Below are positions 44,201-53,454 of a stretch of 64,000 bases of DNA, piece by piece. Under the pieces are notes generated by a model. That model searched no databases. It worked only from the letters and a program-made list of their open reading frames with translations, and was not told the origin of the DNA. The stretch spans positions 1,602 to 65,601 of the forward strand of contig JAJZTK010000002.1 of the NCBI GenBank assembly GCA_021849045.1. The letters are read 5' to 3'. The DNA comes from Deltaproteobacteria bacterium. GTDB lineage: Bacteria > Desulfobacterota > Desulfuromonadia > Geobacterales > DSM-12255. Both the position numbers and the translations under genes were made by a program. Positions within the stretch are counted from its first letter, which is position 1, and each line of letters begins with the position of its first letter.

Positions 44201-44821
44201 ACGTCCCCCTTCTCTCTTCTCCAGTCGATGTTCAGTGGTGGCGACGACTTCAGTGGCGTTGCCTTTGCCCCGGGGACGAGTAGTTTGAGCGCGGCCGAGG
44301 AGGGGAAACTGCGCAATCTGGCTAAGGCGCTGCTGGACAGACCGGCCATCAAACTGGAACTTACCGGATTTATCGACCGGGAGCGGGACGCCGAAGGGTA
44401 CCGGAGCGAACTGCTCCTGAAGAAGATGAAGACCGAGAAGCTGCTGGCCCTGGTAAAGGAGAAGCGGAGCGTTGCGGGCCAGACCACGGACAGTGTGGAG
44501 ATCCTGCCGGCCGAGTCCCCGGTGTTGTTGAAGAGTGTGTACGAAAAGGAGAAGTTTCCGAAGCCGCGCACGATCATCGGCACCCTGAAGAGCCTGCCCG
44601 ATGCGGAGATGAAGAAGCTGATCCTGGCCAACACCGTGGTGGGAGAGCCTCAATTGCGGGCACTGGCACGGGAACGGGCAATGGCGGTACGCACCTTTTT
44701 GGTAAACGATGTCAAACTGCCGCAGGAGCGGATTTTCGAAAAGAGCGGCGATATTTTCGCCCCCCCGAAACAGCAGGAGATGTCAGGCAGTCGGGTCGAG
44801 TTCGGCGCGGTTGCCCAGTAA
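41228..44821 (+). CDS. DUF748 / AsmA-like large envelope protein
   Basis: About 1197 aa with an N-terminal anchor (WLIGVVVAALLCAGFIAFILPG), then ...VSRATGRTLTVGRISINPFTWTAGLEGVRL typical of DUF748 proteins as I remember them. ATG 41228 has a GGAG 6 nt upstream; the track start is 41216. Confidence 0.72.
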   Translation: MARWRKWLIGVVVAALLCAGFIAFILPGIVRSQMEQQVSRATGRTLTVGRISINPFTWTAGLEGVRLSEKGNSLPFVSFSSARVRVSPASLWRLAPVLTDISLTAPHVRIVRTGPNRFNFSDLLEKKPEEKKKEPGEPARFSLNNIVVKGGSIDFQDDALSTPKLHTVRQLLIQIPFVSNIPYLADRYVAPKLIALVNGAPLAFEGQMKPFAKGMEASVAIKLHELEIPFYAAYFPKELPLRLTAGRFSTDLIVSHRLTKGEKPDIAATGTVTLNGIDLRGRSGEPLFTLSEGKLAIARIGLLSGEYRAANIALDTPVVSVVRNRQGEWNFQQLTDSGAAGKDSAEAGKTREKTAGKAAKPLIAVGETRVINGSVRFSDAVPVGGFTAEAKQLAITVTGFSTEQGKTANLSLGFTTPRNEQFVASGTLSVTPLAFTVRPTLTNGVLETAYPYLASYLTAPVSGRLNASGELSYSAEQGLKIVGGDLELRQLALSFAKREGVKIPLLAVNGAAYSQKEQSLTVDRVVQQGGEVVISRDASGVFSPTRLLKPSPVASVPPPAKQKKRDEKGAPFRFAVKQVTMNSLNASFTDHTREDAPTFTMKKASLSLSDLRGPRMTPMPFRFSAGYGQKGSLKANGRICPDPFLFKGNVALARIPVLDAEPYLPDGVNVVLADGSLDATLSLDLAARAAGISGSFKGSLGVRNFYSLDAEENEDLLKWESLQLDGVSGTLAPFSLQLAGVSLNNYYARVIINRQGVVNLQELYKPDQPAAVAAKPVSAPPVTAPSVASAPAAAPDKSIRIDTVTLQDGVLNFTDRHLSREFSTTMVNLGGRVSGLTSEEGKAADVDLRGNLENQSPLRITGRINPLKGDLFLDILIRFSDIELAPMTPYSGTYLGYSVDKGKLTLDLKYLIEQKRLKAENKVFMDQLTFGKAVESDKATRLPVRLAVALLKDRKGEIRLDLPVAGRTDDPEFSIWGVVWQMLKNLLVKAATSPFSLLQSMFSGGDDFSGVAFAPGTSSLSAAEEGKLRNLAKALLDRPAIKLELTGFIDRERDAEGYRSELLLKKMKTEKLLALVKEKRSVAGQTTDSVEILPAESPVLLKSVYEKEKFPKPRTIIGTLKSLPDAEMKKLILANTVVGEPQLRALARERAMAVRTFLVNDVKLPQERIFEKSGDIFAPPKQQEMSGSRVEFGAVAQ

Positions 44822-44873
44822 GGAGGCGATCGTCGTGGGTGCATTCTCTGCGCGATAACGGGCTGGTTCGGGA

Positions 44874-45704
44874 TTACGCCCCGCTCGTTCCCCCAAGATT
44901 CCAGGCGGCCCCGCGGTACTTGACGAGGAGCTCTCCGGCAACATCCTCTTCCCGGGAACTGACCGTGCCGGTTTCTAGTGTCCCCCCCAGGTTCTCCCGA
45001 AAGGCTGCTTGCAGCATATCTTTCAACGACCCCTCTTCCAGCCGAATCCCCTCTTCCCCCAGGCTCGTGGTTCCCTCTTTAACTCCGACAGGGGTTTCCT
45101 TCAGAAAGCGTACCCCAACGTCGGTCATGTTCATGAGCGGAATGGAGCCGTGCTGAAAGATGGCGTTTTTCAGTCGGCGTTGGGCGTTGCCGCCGATCTT
45201 TCTGCCGCCGATCAGGATGTCGTAGCTCTCTTTACCGGCAAAACAGAACGGCGTCCGCTCACCGAGAACTGTGCCGGGTGGAAGGCGATCGACCGCGTAG
45301 GAGGCATCGAGGCCGAGCTGCCGGTACAGGGAGAGGAGGAAGGAGGTCAGAATTCGGAACGATTCCTTTATGGAAGCGGCTGGTGGGAGGTGGTGGGGGG
45401 TGCAGACCAGGCTGTAGGTCAGTTCCGCGGCATGGTAGATGACACCTCCGCCGGTGATGCGGCGGACAACCGGGACACCGGCAGCATGGCAGCGATCCAG
45501 GTCGAGGACCTGTTCCGCATTCTGGAACCGTCCCAGCGACAGCGTTGCCGGAGTCCAGCAGTACAGGCGGAGCACAGGGAGTGACCCGTTCGGGTCGAAG
45601 CTGGAGAGAAGTGCCTCGTCGATGGCCATATTGGTCGGCCCGTCAGCGGGGCCGGTGTCAATGCAGCGCCACCTTTGTGGACAGTTTTTTCGTGTGTCGG
45701 GCAT
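44874..45704 (-). CDS. lipoate-protein ligase A family protein (short form, LipM/LplA catalytic domain only)
   Basis: WRCIDTGPADGPTNMAIDEALL N-terminus, RRITGGGVIYH, and GGRKIGGNAQRR with the conserved Lys. At 276 aa it has no LplA C-terminal domain. Confidence 0.85.
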   Translation of the reverse strand: MPDTRKNCPQRWRCIDTGPADGPTNMAIDEALLSSFDPNGSLPVLRLYCWTPATLSLGRFQNAEQVLDLDRCHAAGVPVVRRITGGGVIYHAAELTYSLVCTPHHLPPAASIKESFRILTSFLLSLYRQLGLDASYAVDRLPPGTVLGERTPFCFAGKESYDILIGGRKIGGNAQRRLKNAIFQHGSIPLMNMTDVGVRFLKETPVGVKEGTTSLGEEGIRLEEGSLKDMLQAAFRENLGGTLETGTVSSREEDVAGELLVKYRGAAWNLGGTSGA

Positions 45705-45710
45705 GACGTG

Positions 45711-45757
45711 CCCCTGTGAGTGTGGAGTATATTTCCCTTAATAGCACACTCAGGGGG
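45711..45757. promoter_or_regulatory. inverted repeat immediately upstream of the ligase gene start
   Basis: CCCCTGTGAGTGTG (45711-45724) pairs with CACACTCAGGGGG (45745-45757). There is a 7-bp perfect core (GAGTGTG/CACACTC) plus CCCCT/AGGGG. It lies 7 nt upstream of ATG 45704 on the minus strand. Confidence 0.35.
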
Positions 45758-45783
45758 ATGAGTACATGCCGGAGTCGGGGAAC

Positions 45784-46113
45784 TCACTGCACGGCGGTGG
45801 CGAGTTGTGTCCCCTTTTTGCGGGTGAGGGGGGTGGGTACCCGTTTGTTGGGTTTGTCGGCAGTGTCCAGAAACTTGACGGCGAGGCGCCTTGATTCGTC
45901 GCCGAGGCGGTAGATCTTTTTCCGTTCATCCCAGGAAACCAGTCCCCTGCTCTCCAGCGCTATCAAGAGGAGCAGTGCTTCGCTCCGGTTACACCGCAGA
46001 CTGAATGCCAGATCGCCGATGCTCATGCTGCTGTTACCTTCGGCGAGAATATCCATGAGCATGAGCGCTTTCTCAGTCGTTTGGACCGTCTGCATGTGCT
46101 TTTCCTTGATCAT
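45784..46113 (-). CDS. small winged-helix DNA-binding protein (IclR/MarR-type HTH only)
   Basis: KALMLMDILAEGNSSMSIGDLAFSLRCNRSEALLLLIALESRGLVSWD resembles an IclR-type N-terminal wHTH. ATG 46113 overlaps the upstream stop (TGATG). An alternative ATG lies at 46095. Confidence 0.6.
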   Translation of the reverse strand: MIKEKHMQTVQTTEKALMLMDILAEGNSSMSIGDLAFSLRCNRSEALLLLIALESRGLVSWDERKKIYRLGDESRRLAVKFLDTADKPNKRVPTPLTRKKGTQLATAVQ

Positions 46114-46343
46114 CACTCGTCTCCTGCTCCCACGGACAGGGGTCTGGCTCTGCTGCGTGACGAACGCGACCTCGGTTCCTTCTTGAGGCCGCTGATACTG
46201 ACGTGGTGCGAGTATTGGAGCATCGCCTCCCGCATGACCTGTGACACGCTTTTTCTGGTAACCCGGCTGACCAGTTGCAACGCCTTTTTTTCATCATCAT
46301 TGATGCGCAGGGATACCACGTTGTATTTCGGGATTTTCTTCAT
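46113..46343 (-). CDS. small ribbon-helix-helix-like protein
   Basis: 76 aa. VVSLRINDDEKKALQLVSRVTRKSVSQVMREAM fits a beta-strand/helix/helix RHH pattern. A strong AAGGAG SD lies 8 nt upstream of ATG 46343. Confidence 0.55.
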   Translation of the reverse strand: MKKIPKYNVVSLRINDDEKKALQLVSRVTRKSVSQVMREAMLQYSHHVSISGLKKEPRSRSSRSRARPLSVGAGDE

Positions 46344-46425
46344 TTCATGTACTCCTTATCGGTGGGGTCTGTTCCAGCGGCCCAGCTGGCTGGGCGGACG
46401 TCGCAATCACCGGGATATATTTATA

Positions 46426-46440
46426 TTTCGCTAAGCGAAA
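46426..46440. promoter_or_regulatory. palindrome TTTCGC-TAA-GCGAAA in the divergent RHH / IclR regulatory region
   Basis: Perfect 6-bp arms in the AT-rich 355-nt spacer between 46343 and 46699. Confidence 0.3.
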
Positions 46441-46698
46441 CACAGTTCTTGTGATTGAAACCACCATTAGCGTATTATGTGCAAAGTGTAAACAAAAAAA
46501 TGACAGATGATTGAAGTATAACGGGGTTATTTTGGCTGTGAGTCATATGCCATGATGTTCGTGACGTCTGTGGCCCTACGGGAAAGGTGATACGTTGATT
46601 CCATTCTGCGAAACACATCGCCGGAGTTTTTCCGTTTGACTTCCATCGCCCTTTGTGCAAACTTTGTTCGGCAACTTACCATGATTACAGGAGTTGAC

Positions 46699-47493
46699 AT
46701 GGCGACGGAGAGCTTAGATGGGGGGGAGGAGAACGAGCGCCAGTCTGTACGTGCTTTGGCACGGGGGCTGGAGATCCTGCGCTGTTTCAGGCCCGGCGAC
46801 CGGTTTCTGGGGAACCAGGAGATCTCCCAGCGCACCGGTCTGCCAAAGCCGACCGTCTCGCGTCTGACCTACACACTGACCGGTCTGGGGTATCTCAATT
46901 ATTCGGATAAATACGGAAAATACTATCTGGGGACCTCCGTGCTGGCCTTGGGATATACCATGCTGGCCAACATGGATGTTCGCAAGGTCGCGCGGCCGTT
47001 CATGCGGGAACTGGCCGAGTATGCCCAGGCCTCGGTGTCGATCGGTGTGCAGGATCGCATGAACATGCTGTACGTCGAAGCATACCGAAGCAGTTCAACG
47101 GTCACCCTTACCCTCGATGTGGGCTCGCAGATCCCCATTGCAACCACCTCCATGGGGCGCGCTCTTCTCTGTGCCCTGCCTGAGCCGGAGCGAGTGGAGC
47201 TTCTTGAGCAGATTCGGGTACGAAGTGGGGAGCAGTGGCCGAAGATAGAGGCCGGATTCCTGCAGGCACGGAAAGACTACGAAGAGCGGGGGTTCTGTTT
47301 TTCCCTGGGGGACTGGAAAAAGGACGTACACGCGGTGGCGACCGCCCTGGTTCCAGCGGACGGTTCGCGGACTCTTGTCTTCAACTGCGCCGGCGCCGCC
47401 TTTCAGTTGCGCCGGCATATGCTGGAGGACGATATCGGCCCCCGGTTGTTGAATCTGGTTACCAACGTGCAGGAAGCGCTGGACAGGATCTGA
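46699..47493 (+). CDS. IclR family transcriptional regulator
   Basis: ATG 46699 is preceded by ACAGGAG. It has an N-terminal wHTH (RALARGLEILRCF...LGNQEISQRTGLPKPTVSRLTYTL) and a C-terminal IclR effector domain. Confidence 0.85.
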   Translation: MATESLDGGEENERQSVRALARGLEILRCFRPGDRFLGNQEISQRTGLPKPTVSRLTYTLTGLGYLNYSDKYGKYYLGTSVLALGYTMLANMDVRKVARPFMRELAEYAQASVSIGVQDRMNMLYVEAYRSSSTVTLTLDVGSQIPIATTSMGRALLCALPEPERVELLEQIRVRSGEQWPKIEAGFLQARKDYEERGFCFSLGDWKKDVHAVATALVPADGSRTLVFNCAGAAFQLRRHMLEDDIGPRLLNLVTNVQEALDRI

Positions 47494-47593
47494 ACCATCC
47501 CTGGCTACTGCCCCGCTCCCAGCACTGTCTCAAGCAAGTCGGCCGGGCTCCCGTTCCGGCTCGTACTCCTTCGCATCTCCCCCTAGCAGTAGG

Positions 47594-48664
47594 CTAATTG
47601 TCGAACATCAGCTTGCGTTCCAGATCCATGGAGTGGGAGATGCGCTTGGCATCCTCCACGGTGATGAGGTCCTGCTTGCACAGTTGCAGCAGGTGCTGGT
47701 CCAGGGTCTGCATCTGGTAGAGGGAATTGCCGGTTTCTATGTGCTTTTCGATTTCGTCCAGACGCCCTTCCCTGATGCACGCCTGAATCGTTGTGGTGGC
47801 ACGCATGATCTCGACCACAGGGATGATGCTTTCGCCGGATTTGCCCTTGACCAGACGCAGGGAAACGGTGGCGACCAGGATGTCCGCCAGTCTCTGCCGG
47901 AGAATCTCCTGTGCCTCGGGCGGAAAGTTGCCAACGATCCGGTTGATCGTCGATACGGCGCCCTGGGTGTGCAGGGTCGAGAGCACGAGGTGGCCCGTCT
48001 CCGCAGCCTTGATGCAGGCATCGATGGTTTCCTTGTCGCGCATCTCCCCCACCATGATGACGTCCGGGTCCATGCGCAGCGAGGCTGTCAGGGCCGCGTT
48101 GAAACTGTTGGTATCGATGCCGACCTGTCGCTGGATGATACAGCTCCGCTGTGAGGTGAAGAGAAACTCGATGGGATCTTCGATGGTGATGATGTTGTAA
48201 CTGTACTGCTCGTTCAGGAAGCGGATCATGGATGCCAGGGTCGTCGATTTACCGTTTCCCGTGGGGCCGGTGACAAGGATCAGACCGTTTGGCACCTTGG
48301 CGATCTCGCCGAGCACGGGCGGCAGGTTCAGTTCCTGGAAGCTGCCGATATTGGGCGGGATAACGCGCATGACAATGCCAAAATGGCCTCGCTGCCGGAA
48401 GATGCTGACCCGGAATCGTCCACCGCTTGGCAGTGCATAGGAGGCATCGAGCTCTTTCAGGTCATTGCTCAGCTGCTGGCCGTTTTGCTCCAGGATCTGT
48501 GCGGCGATGAATTCGGTGTCCGCGGCCGCCAGATTCGGCATCTTCGAGCGGATGAGCTGCCCCCGTCCCCGGAAAAAGGGGGGATTGTCCACCTCGAAAT
48601 GGAGATCGGAAACTCTCTTCTGGAAGGCGATTTCCAGGATCTGATGCAGGATATTCAGGTCCAT
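47594..48664 (-). CDS. pilT: type IV pilus retraction ATPase PilT family
   Basis: 356 aa with Walker A GPTGNGKSTTLASMI, Asp box ITIEDPIEF, Walker B IMVGEMRD and His box TGHLVLSTLHT. Confidence 0.88.
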   Translation of the reverse strand: MDLNILHQILEIAFQKRVSDLHFEVDNPPFFRGRGQLIRSKMPNLAAADTEFIAAQILEQNGQQLSNDLKELDASYALPSGGRFRVSIFRQRGHFGIVMRVIPPNIGSFQELNLPPVLGEIAKVPNGLILVTGPTGNGKSTTLASMIRFLNEQYSYNIITIEDPIEFLFTSQRSCIIQRQVGIDTNSFNAALTASLRMDPDVIMVGEMRDKETIDACIKAAETGHLVLSTLHTQGAVSTINRIVGNFPPEAQEILRQRLADILVATVSLRLVKGKSGESIIPVVEIMRATTTIQACIREGRLDEIEKHIETGNSLYQMQTLDQHLLQLCKQDLITVEDAKRISHSMDLERKLMFDN

Positions 48665-48700
48665 AACGGTCCTTTGCGCAGGTAGCGTTCGTGATGCTTC

Positions 48701-50488
48701 CTAGGGTGATTGTACCCGTTTTTCAAACTTTTTCCGGAAAAGCGCATTGTCCAGCACGATGCCGGCATGCCGCGCCAAGGTATCCATGAGATCGGCCCGC
48801 ACCGGATTGCCGGCCGTGGTGCCGAAATCGCAGTAGGTGAGGGCGATGACCCGGCCAAAGCGCTTGATGGGGGCCAGGAGTATTTTGGCGGTACGCGGGG
48901 CACCAATATCCGCATAGAGGTGCTTCGTCAGGAGCGGGTCGTTGCTGGGCCCGTAGAAGAGCCGGCCGTCGGTGATAGTTTCCTGAAAAACCGAAGGTTG
49001 GTCAAGGGGGAGCATGAAACGCAGGGGCGGAGTTGGTCCGGCGCTCTTGTCCGCCTTGATGCCAATGCCACGCTCGGCAATCAGTTCCGTCTTGAAGACC
49101 ACGAAGGTGATGGAGCGTTCGAACATGACAGAGGCAAATCTCAGGAGCGCATAGGAGATGTCCGGCGCTGTCGAAAGAGTGCCGAGTTCACGAACCCGTT
49201 CAGCGAACTGCCGTAAGATCTGCTGGTCCGGATGTGGCGGAGCGTGTGCCAGCCAGGCCTGCAGGGCCTTCATGAAGCCGATGGCATCGGTCGCAATGGT
49301 CTCTTTCCGTTCTTCGCTGCAGGGTCTGGGTATCACGCTGAGTCCCGCCTCAACCGCCTGGAGCGCAAATGTGTGATCCCGTGGCGATGCTAGCTGCACG
49401 ATCGACAAGTGTGGATAACGTGCCTTTTCCCGGTGCCACAGGGCGACGATCTTGTCCGCCGAAAATCCCTCGGCGGCCCGTTCCGGAGAGTCAACGAGGA
49501 GAACCGGCAGCAGGTCCCTGGCAAGGGACTGGTCAACGATAAGGTCGATGTTCGCCTCCTCGTCCGTGGTGAAGGCAAACAGGCCTTCATGTCTGCACAC
49601 CGTCATGACGGCATGCCTTATGAGCGCATCCCGACTGAGCAGGATGACCGCCAAGGCCGGGCCAACGGCTGGCACCAGGTCTGGCCCTCCCTTTAGTGGT
49701 TGCGAAAAAGCCACCAGGAACGATAACAGTTTTTCCTGTTCAGCAAGCGGCAGCTCCCGCAACTCGTCTGCCAGCGCCTGGCGATGGGGTTCGGCCGGAT
49801 CGTACGCCTTTACCCCCAAAAATACATCCGGGATCACCTTTTCAAGGGTATCGAGATTGTCCAGACCGAGGTCGTCGGCCGTGATTGCCGGGTTTTCCGG
49901 TGTGTCGCCTGCCCATGACTCGCCAGATGCGGCATCTCCCTCAAAAGACTCTTCTTCCGGGAGGGTGCCGTCCCGCAGCTTTTCGTCGTAAATGCGCAGG
50001 GCATCCATCAGTACCCCCTGCGTGTCGATGTTAATCTCCTGGTTCATCCTTTCCGGATAGTACCGGTAGTCATCGGTAACGTGGGCTTGGGCAACATCCA
50101 GGCTGAACGTCCCCCTCTTCCATGTCAGTATCTCGACAACCGTCAACTCAATGAGATGCTCAAGTGCCTGGTAGGCATCACTTTCCCCCACGCGCCCGCT
50201 TTGTACCAGGGTTATGATTAACGGTTTGCGATCCTTCCCCGCGTTTTCCTGCTCCTGAAGGGCGGCTGTGAGGATTTCCGGGGTAACGTGCTGCCGTTCC
50301 ACAAGGATATTGCCGATGCGTAACATATTGTTCAGGTGGTTTGCGCTGACGATGTAGCCGTCCTTGAAGACCAACCTGCTTTCACCCTTGCGGCTCTTCA
50401 CGCTCAGGATGCCGGATTTTCTCGTCGAATGGAGCAGCTGGATCACATCGACTATGGGCATGTGCTCTAAATCGCCGACAAAGGACAT
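48701..50488 (-). CDS. PATAN (DUF4388) domain protein with C-terminal GAF-like domain
   Basis: The N-terminus GDLEHMPIVDVIQLLHSTRKSGILSVKSRKGESRLVFKDGYIV is typical DUF4388. The C-terminal region resembles GAF. ATG 50488 has a GAGAGGGG SD. It lies 36 nt upstream of pilT on the same strand. Confidence 0.7.
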   Translation of the reverse strand: MSFVGDLEHMPIVDVIQLLHSTRKSGILSVKSRKGESRLVFKDGYIVSANHLNNMLRIGNILVERQHVTPEILTAALQEQENAGKDRKPLIITLVQSGRVGESDAYQALEHLIELTVVEILTWKRGTFSLDVAQAHVTDDYRYYPERMNQEINIDTQGVLMDALRIYDEKLRDGTLPEEESFEGDAASGESWAGDTPENPAITADDLGLDNLDTLEKVIPDVFLGVKAYDPAEPHRQALADELRELPLAEQEKLLSFLVAFSQPLKGGPDLVPAVGPALAVILLSRDALIRHAVMTVCRHEGLFAFTTDEEANIDLIVDQSLARDLLPVLLVDSPERAAEGFSADKIVALWHREKARYPHLSIVQLASPRDHTFALQAVEAGLSVIPRPCSEERKETIATDAIGFMKALQAWLAHAPPHPDQQILRQFAERVRELGTLSTAPDISYALLRFASVMFERSITFVVFKTELIAERGIGIKADKSAGPTPPLRFMLPLDQPSVFQETITDGRLFYGPSNDPLLTKHLYADIGAPRTAKILLAPIKRFGRVIALTYCDFGTTAGNPVRADLMDTLARHAGIVLDNALFRKKFEKRVQSP

Positions 50489-50545
50489 GGTGGTACCCCT
50501 CTCCATTCACTAACCGTCGATGCAGCAACTCCGACAGGTTGTAGG

Positions 50546-50573
50546 ATTATATGCCATTTTGGCGCGGCTGCAA
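50546..50573 (-). promoter_or_regulatory. near-consensus sigma70-type promoter for the PATAN-pilT unit
   Basis: The minus strand reads TTGCAG-N16-TATAAT (perfect -10). It lies directly after the gcvPB terminator and about 55 nt upstream of ATG 50488. Confidence 0.5.
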
Positions 50574-50574
50574 G

Positions 50575-50608
50575 AAAAAGCCCCTGTCCGGAGGTTGACG
50601 GAGAGGGG
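50575..50608 (-). terminator. rho-independent terminator after gcvPB
   Basis: The minus strand has CCCCTCTCCG paired with CGGACAGGGG (9 of 10 positions), followed by CTTTTT. Confidence 0.55.
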
Positions 50609-50658
50609 CGTGCAGATACTCAATGGGTTGGGAGGTGGATATGCAACATTGTGCGTCT

Positions 50659-52098
50659 CTACTGGCAGCAGACGTTCTGCTCCCGGGCCGCCTTGGTCTC
50701 GTCCAGGCGGGAGATGGGGGTGGTCACCGGGGCACGTTTCAGAATATCCGGATCTTTCTCCGTTAGTTCCGCCGCCTCGCGCATGGCGTCGATGAAGGCA
50801 TCCATGGTCGCCTTGGACTCGGTCTCGGTCGGCTCGATCATAATTGCTTCCTTGACGATCAGGGGGAAGTAGACCGTGGGGGGGTGAAACCCCTGGTCAA
50901 TCAGGAATTTGGCGATATCGATGGCATGGACGTCGTGGGCCAGTTGTCGGCTGGCCGAGAGGACGCATTCATGCATGCAGGTCTGGTCGTACGGAACCTC
51001 GTAGAGATCCTTTAGTCGGCTCATGATGTAGTTGGCGTTCAGGACCGCCTGTTCACTTACCTGGATGAGCCCTTCTTTTCCCATCATCAGGATGTAGGCG
51101 TAGGCCTTGGCCATCACCCCGAAGTTGCCGAAGAAGTTGGCGGTGCGACCGATCCCCTCCGGGTTCTCGTGTTCCACGGTGTAGGCCCCGGTCAGCTTCC
51201 TGACGATCCGGGGGATGGGCAGAAACGGGATCAGCCCTTTCTTGACGCCGACCGGACCGCTTCCGGGACCGCCGGCACCGTGGGGGGTCCCGAAGGTTTT
51301 GTGCAGATTGACGTGGACCACGTCGAAGCCGACATCGCCGGGGCGGACCTTGCCCATGATGGCGTTCAGGTTGGCGCCGTCGTAATAGACCAGGGCGTCC
51401 ACGCCGTGGGCCAGGTCGCAGATCTCCTTGATATGCGGGTTGAAGAGGCCCAGCGTGTTGGGGCAGGTCATCATGACCGCCGCCACTTCGTCATTCAGGG
51501 CGGCCTTGAAGGCGTCCAGGTCCATGTCGCCGTACGGAGCCGTCGGGATGGTAACGATCTCGTAGCCGACCATGGCGGCGCTGGCCGGGTTGGTGCCGTG
51601 GGACGAATCAGGGACGATGACGTATTTTTTCCGGTTCCCCTTGGCCCGGTGATAGGCGGCGATGAGGAGCATGCCGGTCATCTCGCCGTGAGCCCCGGCC
51701 AGCGGCTGGGTGGTCACCTCGTCCATGCCGGTTATTTCCGCCAGCAGGCTCCCCAACTCGAAGAGCAGTCCGAGAGAGCCTTGGGTCAGCTTCTCGCCGC
51801 CCGGCAGGAGCGCCGTCATGGGATGGAACGGAGCGAAGAGGTTTGCAGCCGCTTCCAGCCCTTTGGCGTTGTATTTCATGGTGCATGAGCCCAGCGGGTA
51901 GAAGTTGGTGTCCACCGAGTAGTTGAGCCGCGACAGGTTGGTGAAGTGGCGGACCACATCCAGTTCCGAGAGCTCGGGAAGGCCGGCCGCCTCACTGCGC
52001 AGCAGTTTTTTCGGCAACGCCTTGGCCTTGGGCACATCGCTGGCCGGGAGCCGTACCCCTTTTCGGCCGGCAACGGATTTCTCGTAAATCAGCTCCAT
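50659..52098 (-). CDS. gcvPB: glycine dehydrogenase (aminomethyl-transferring) subunit 2
   Basis: 479 aa with the PLP-lysine context [17 protein letters not shown]. It overlaps the gcvPA stop by 10 nt. Confidence 0.93.
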   Translation of the reverse strand: MELIYEKSVAGRKGVRLPASDVPKAKALPKKLLRSEAAGLPELSELDVVRHFTNLSRLNYSVDTNFYPLGSCTMKYNAKGLEAAANLFAPFHPMTALLPGGEKLTQGSLGLLFELGSLLAEITGMDEVTTQPLAGAHGEMTGMLLIAAYHRAKGNRKKYVIVPDSSHGTNPASAAMVGYEIVTIPTAPYGDMDLDAFKAALNDEVAAVMMTCPNTLGLFNPHIKEICDLAHGVDALVYYDGANLNAIMGKVRPGDVGFDVVHVNLHKTFGTPHGAGGPGSGPVGVKKGLIPFLPIPRIVRKLTGAYTVEHENPEGIGRTANFFGNFGVMAKAYAYILMMGKEGLIQVSEQAVLNANYIMSRLKDLYEVPYDQTCMHECVLSASRQLAHDVHAIDIAKFLIDQGFHPPTVYFPLIVKEAIMIEPTETESKATMDAFIDAMREAAELTEKDPDILKRAPVTTPISRLDETKAAREQNVCCQ

Positions 52099-53426
52099 AG
52101 GACACTCTCCAGCTCTTTTGCCAGCAGGTCGATCTCCTGCCTGCTCCGTTTTTCCGTAACCGTGACCACCAGGTAGTTGTCGGCATCCTGGTAGTACAGC
52201 CCCAGCGGTACGCCGGCCGCAATTCCCTTGGCCAGAAGCTTTTCCACCACCTTGGTGGCCCGCATCGGCAGACTCAGGGTGAACTCGTTGAAGGTGGGGG
52301 AACCCGCCAACACGGTCACTTCGCGGATGCTGCCCAGAACCGCCTTGGCGTACTCGGCCTTTTCATAGTTGAGGCGGGCCAGCTCCGCAAGCCCCTGTTT
52401 GCCCATGAGCGACAGGAAGATCAGACCGCGCAGGGCAGAGAGGCTCTGGTTGCTGCAGATGTTGGAGGTCGCCTTGTGACGCTTGATATGCTGTTCCCGT
52501 GCCTGGAGGGTGAGGACATAGCCGCGCCGCCCTTCCCGGTCAACGGTCTCGCCGATGATCCGGCCCGGGAGGTTGCGTATGTATTTTTTCCGGGTGGCGA
52601 TAAAGCCAAAGGACGGCCCGCCAAAGGAGAGGGGGTTCCCCAGGCTCTGGCCGTCTCCCACCACGATGTCCGCCCCCATCTCGCCCGGGCTCTTGAGCAG
52701 TCCCAGCGAAACGGGGTAGACGGTGGTGATGAGCAGTGCCCCTTTGGCGTGTGCCGCCTTGGCCACATCGGTCAGATCCGTGAATCCGCCGAAGAAGGTG
52801 GGGTTCTGGACGATGACCGCCGCAGTGGTGTCGTCCAGCGCTGCCAGACAGTCGGGTTTGTTCGTGGCCCCGTCCAGAGGAGAAAGCTCGATGATCTCCA
52901 CCTCCAGGTTGGCCAGGTAGGTCTTGAGCACTTCGCGGTAGAACGGGTTGGCCGAACCATCCAGGATCAGGCGGTTCCTGCCGGTGATCCGCAGCGCCAT
53001 GAGAGCCGCCTCGGCCAGGGCCGTACCGCCGTCATAGAGGGAGGCGTTGCTTGCTTCCATATCGGTCAGGCGGCAGATGGCGGTCTGATACTCGAAGAGG
53101 GCCTGCAGGCTTCCCTGGGAGCATTCGGGCTGGTAGGGGGTGTAGGCGGTGTAAAACTCGGCCCTGCCGGACAGGTGATCGACCGCGGTGGGGATCAGAT
53201 GGTCGTAGAACCCGCCGCCGATGAACGGAATGACCCCTTGGGCGTTGCTGGCGGCGAGGTCGGTCATCTTCTGCAGCATCTCGAATTCCGACATGCCGGC
53301 CGGCAGGTCGAACGACTTGGCCCGCAGCTTCTTCGGGATCGGCTTGAACAGGTCGGCAATACTGGCGACGCCGATTGTGCCGAGCATCGACTGCTGTTCG
53401 TCGACAGTGTGTGGACAATAACTCAT
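52089..53426 (-). CDS. gcvPA: glycine dehydrogenase (aminomethyl-transferring) subunit 1
   Basis: 445 aa with [21 protein letters not shown], typical of the P-protein N-terminal subunit. It sits in the gcv operon position. Confidence 0.93.
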   Translation of the reverse strand: MSYCPHTVDEQQSMLGTIGVASIADLFKPIPKKLRAKSFDLPAGMSEFEMLQKMTDLAASNAQGVIPFIGGGFYDHLIPTAVDHLSGRAEFYTAYTPYQPECSQGSLQALFEYQTAICRLTDMEASNASLYDGGTALAEAALMALRITGRNRLILDGSANPFYREVLKTYLANLEVEIIELSPLDGATNKPDCLAALDDTTAAVIVQNPTFFGGFTDLTDVAKAAHAKGALLITTVYPVSLGLLKSPGEMGADIVVGDGQSLGNPLSFGGPSFGFIATRKKYIRNLPGRIIGETVDREGRRGYVLTLQAREQHIKRHKATSNICSNQSLSALRGLIFLSLMGKQGLAELARLNYEKAEYAKAVLGSIREVTVLAGSPTFNEFTLSLPMRATKVVEKLLAKGIAAGVPLGLYYQDADNYLVVTVTEKRSRQEIDLLAKELESVLWS

Positions 53427-53454
53427 GATTGTTTCCTTTGGAAACCGTGATTTA

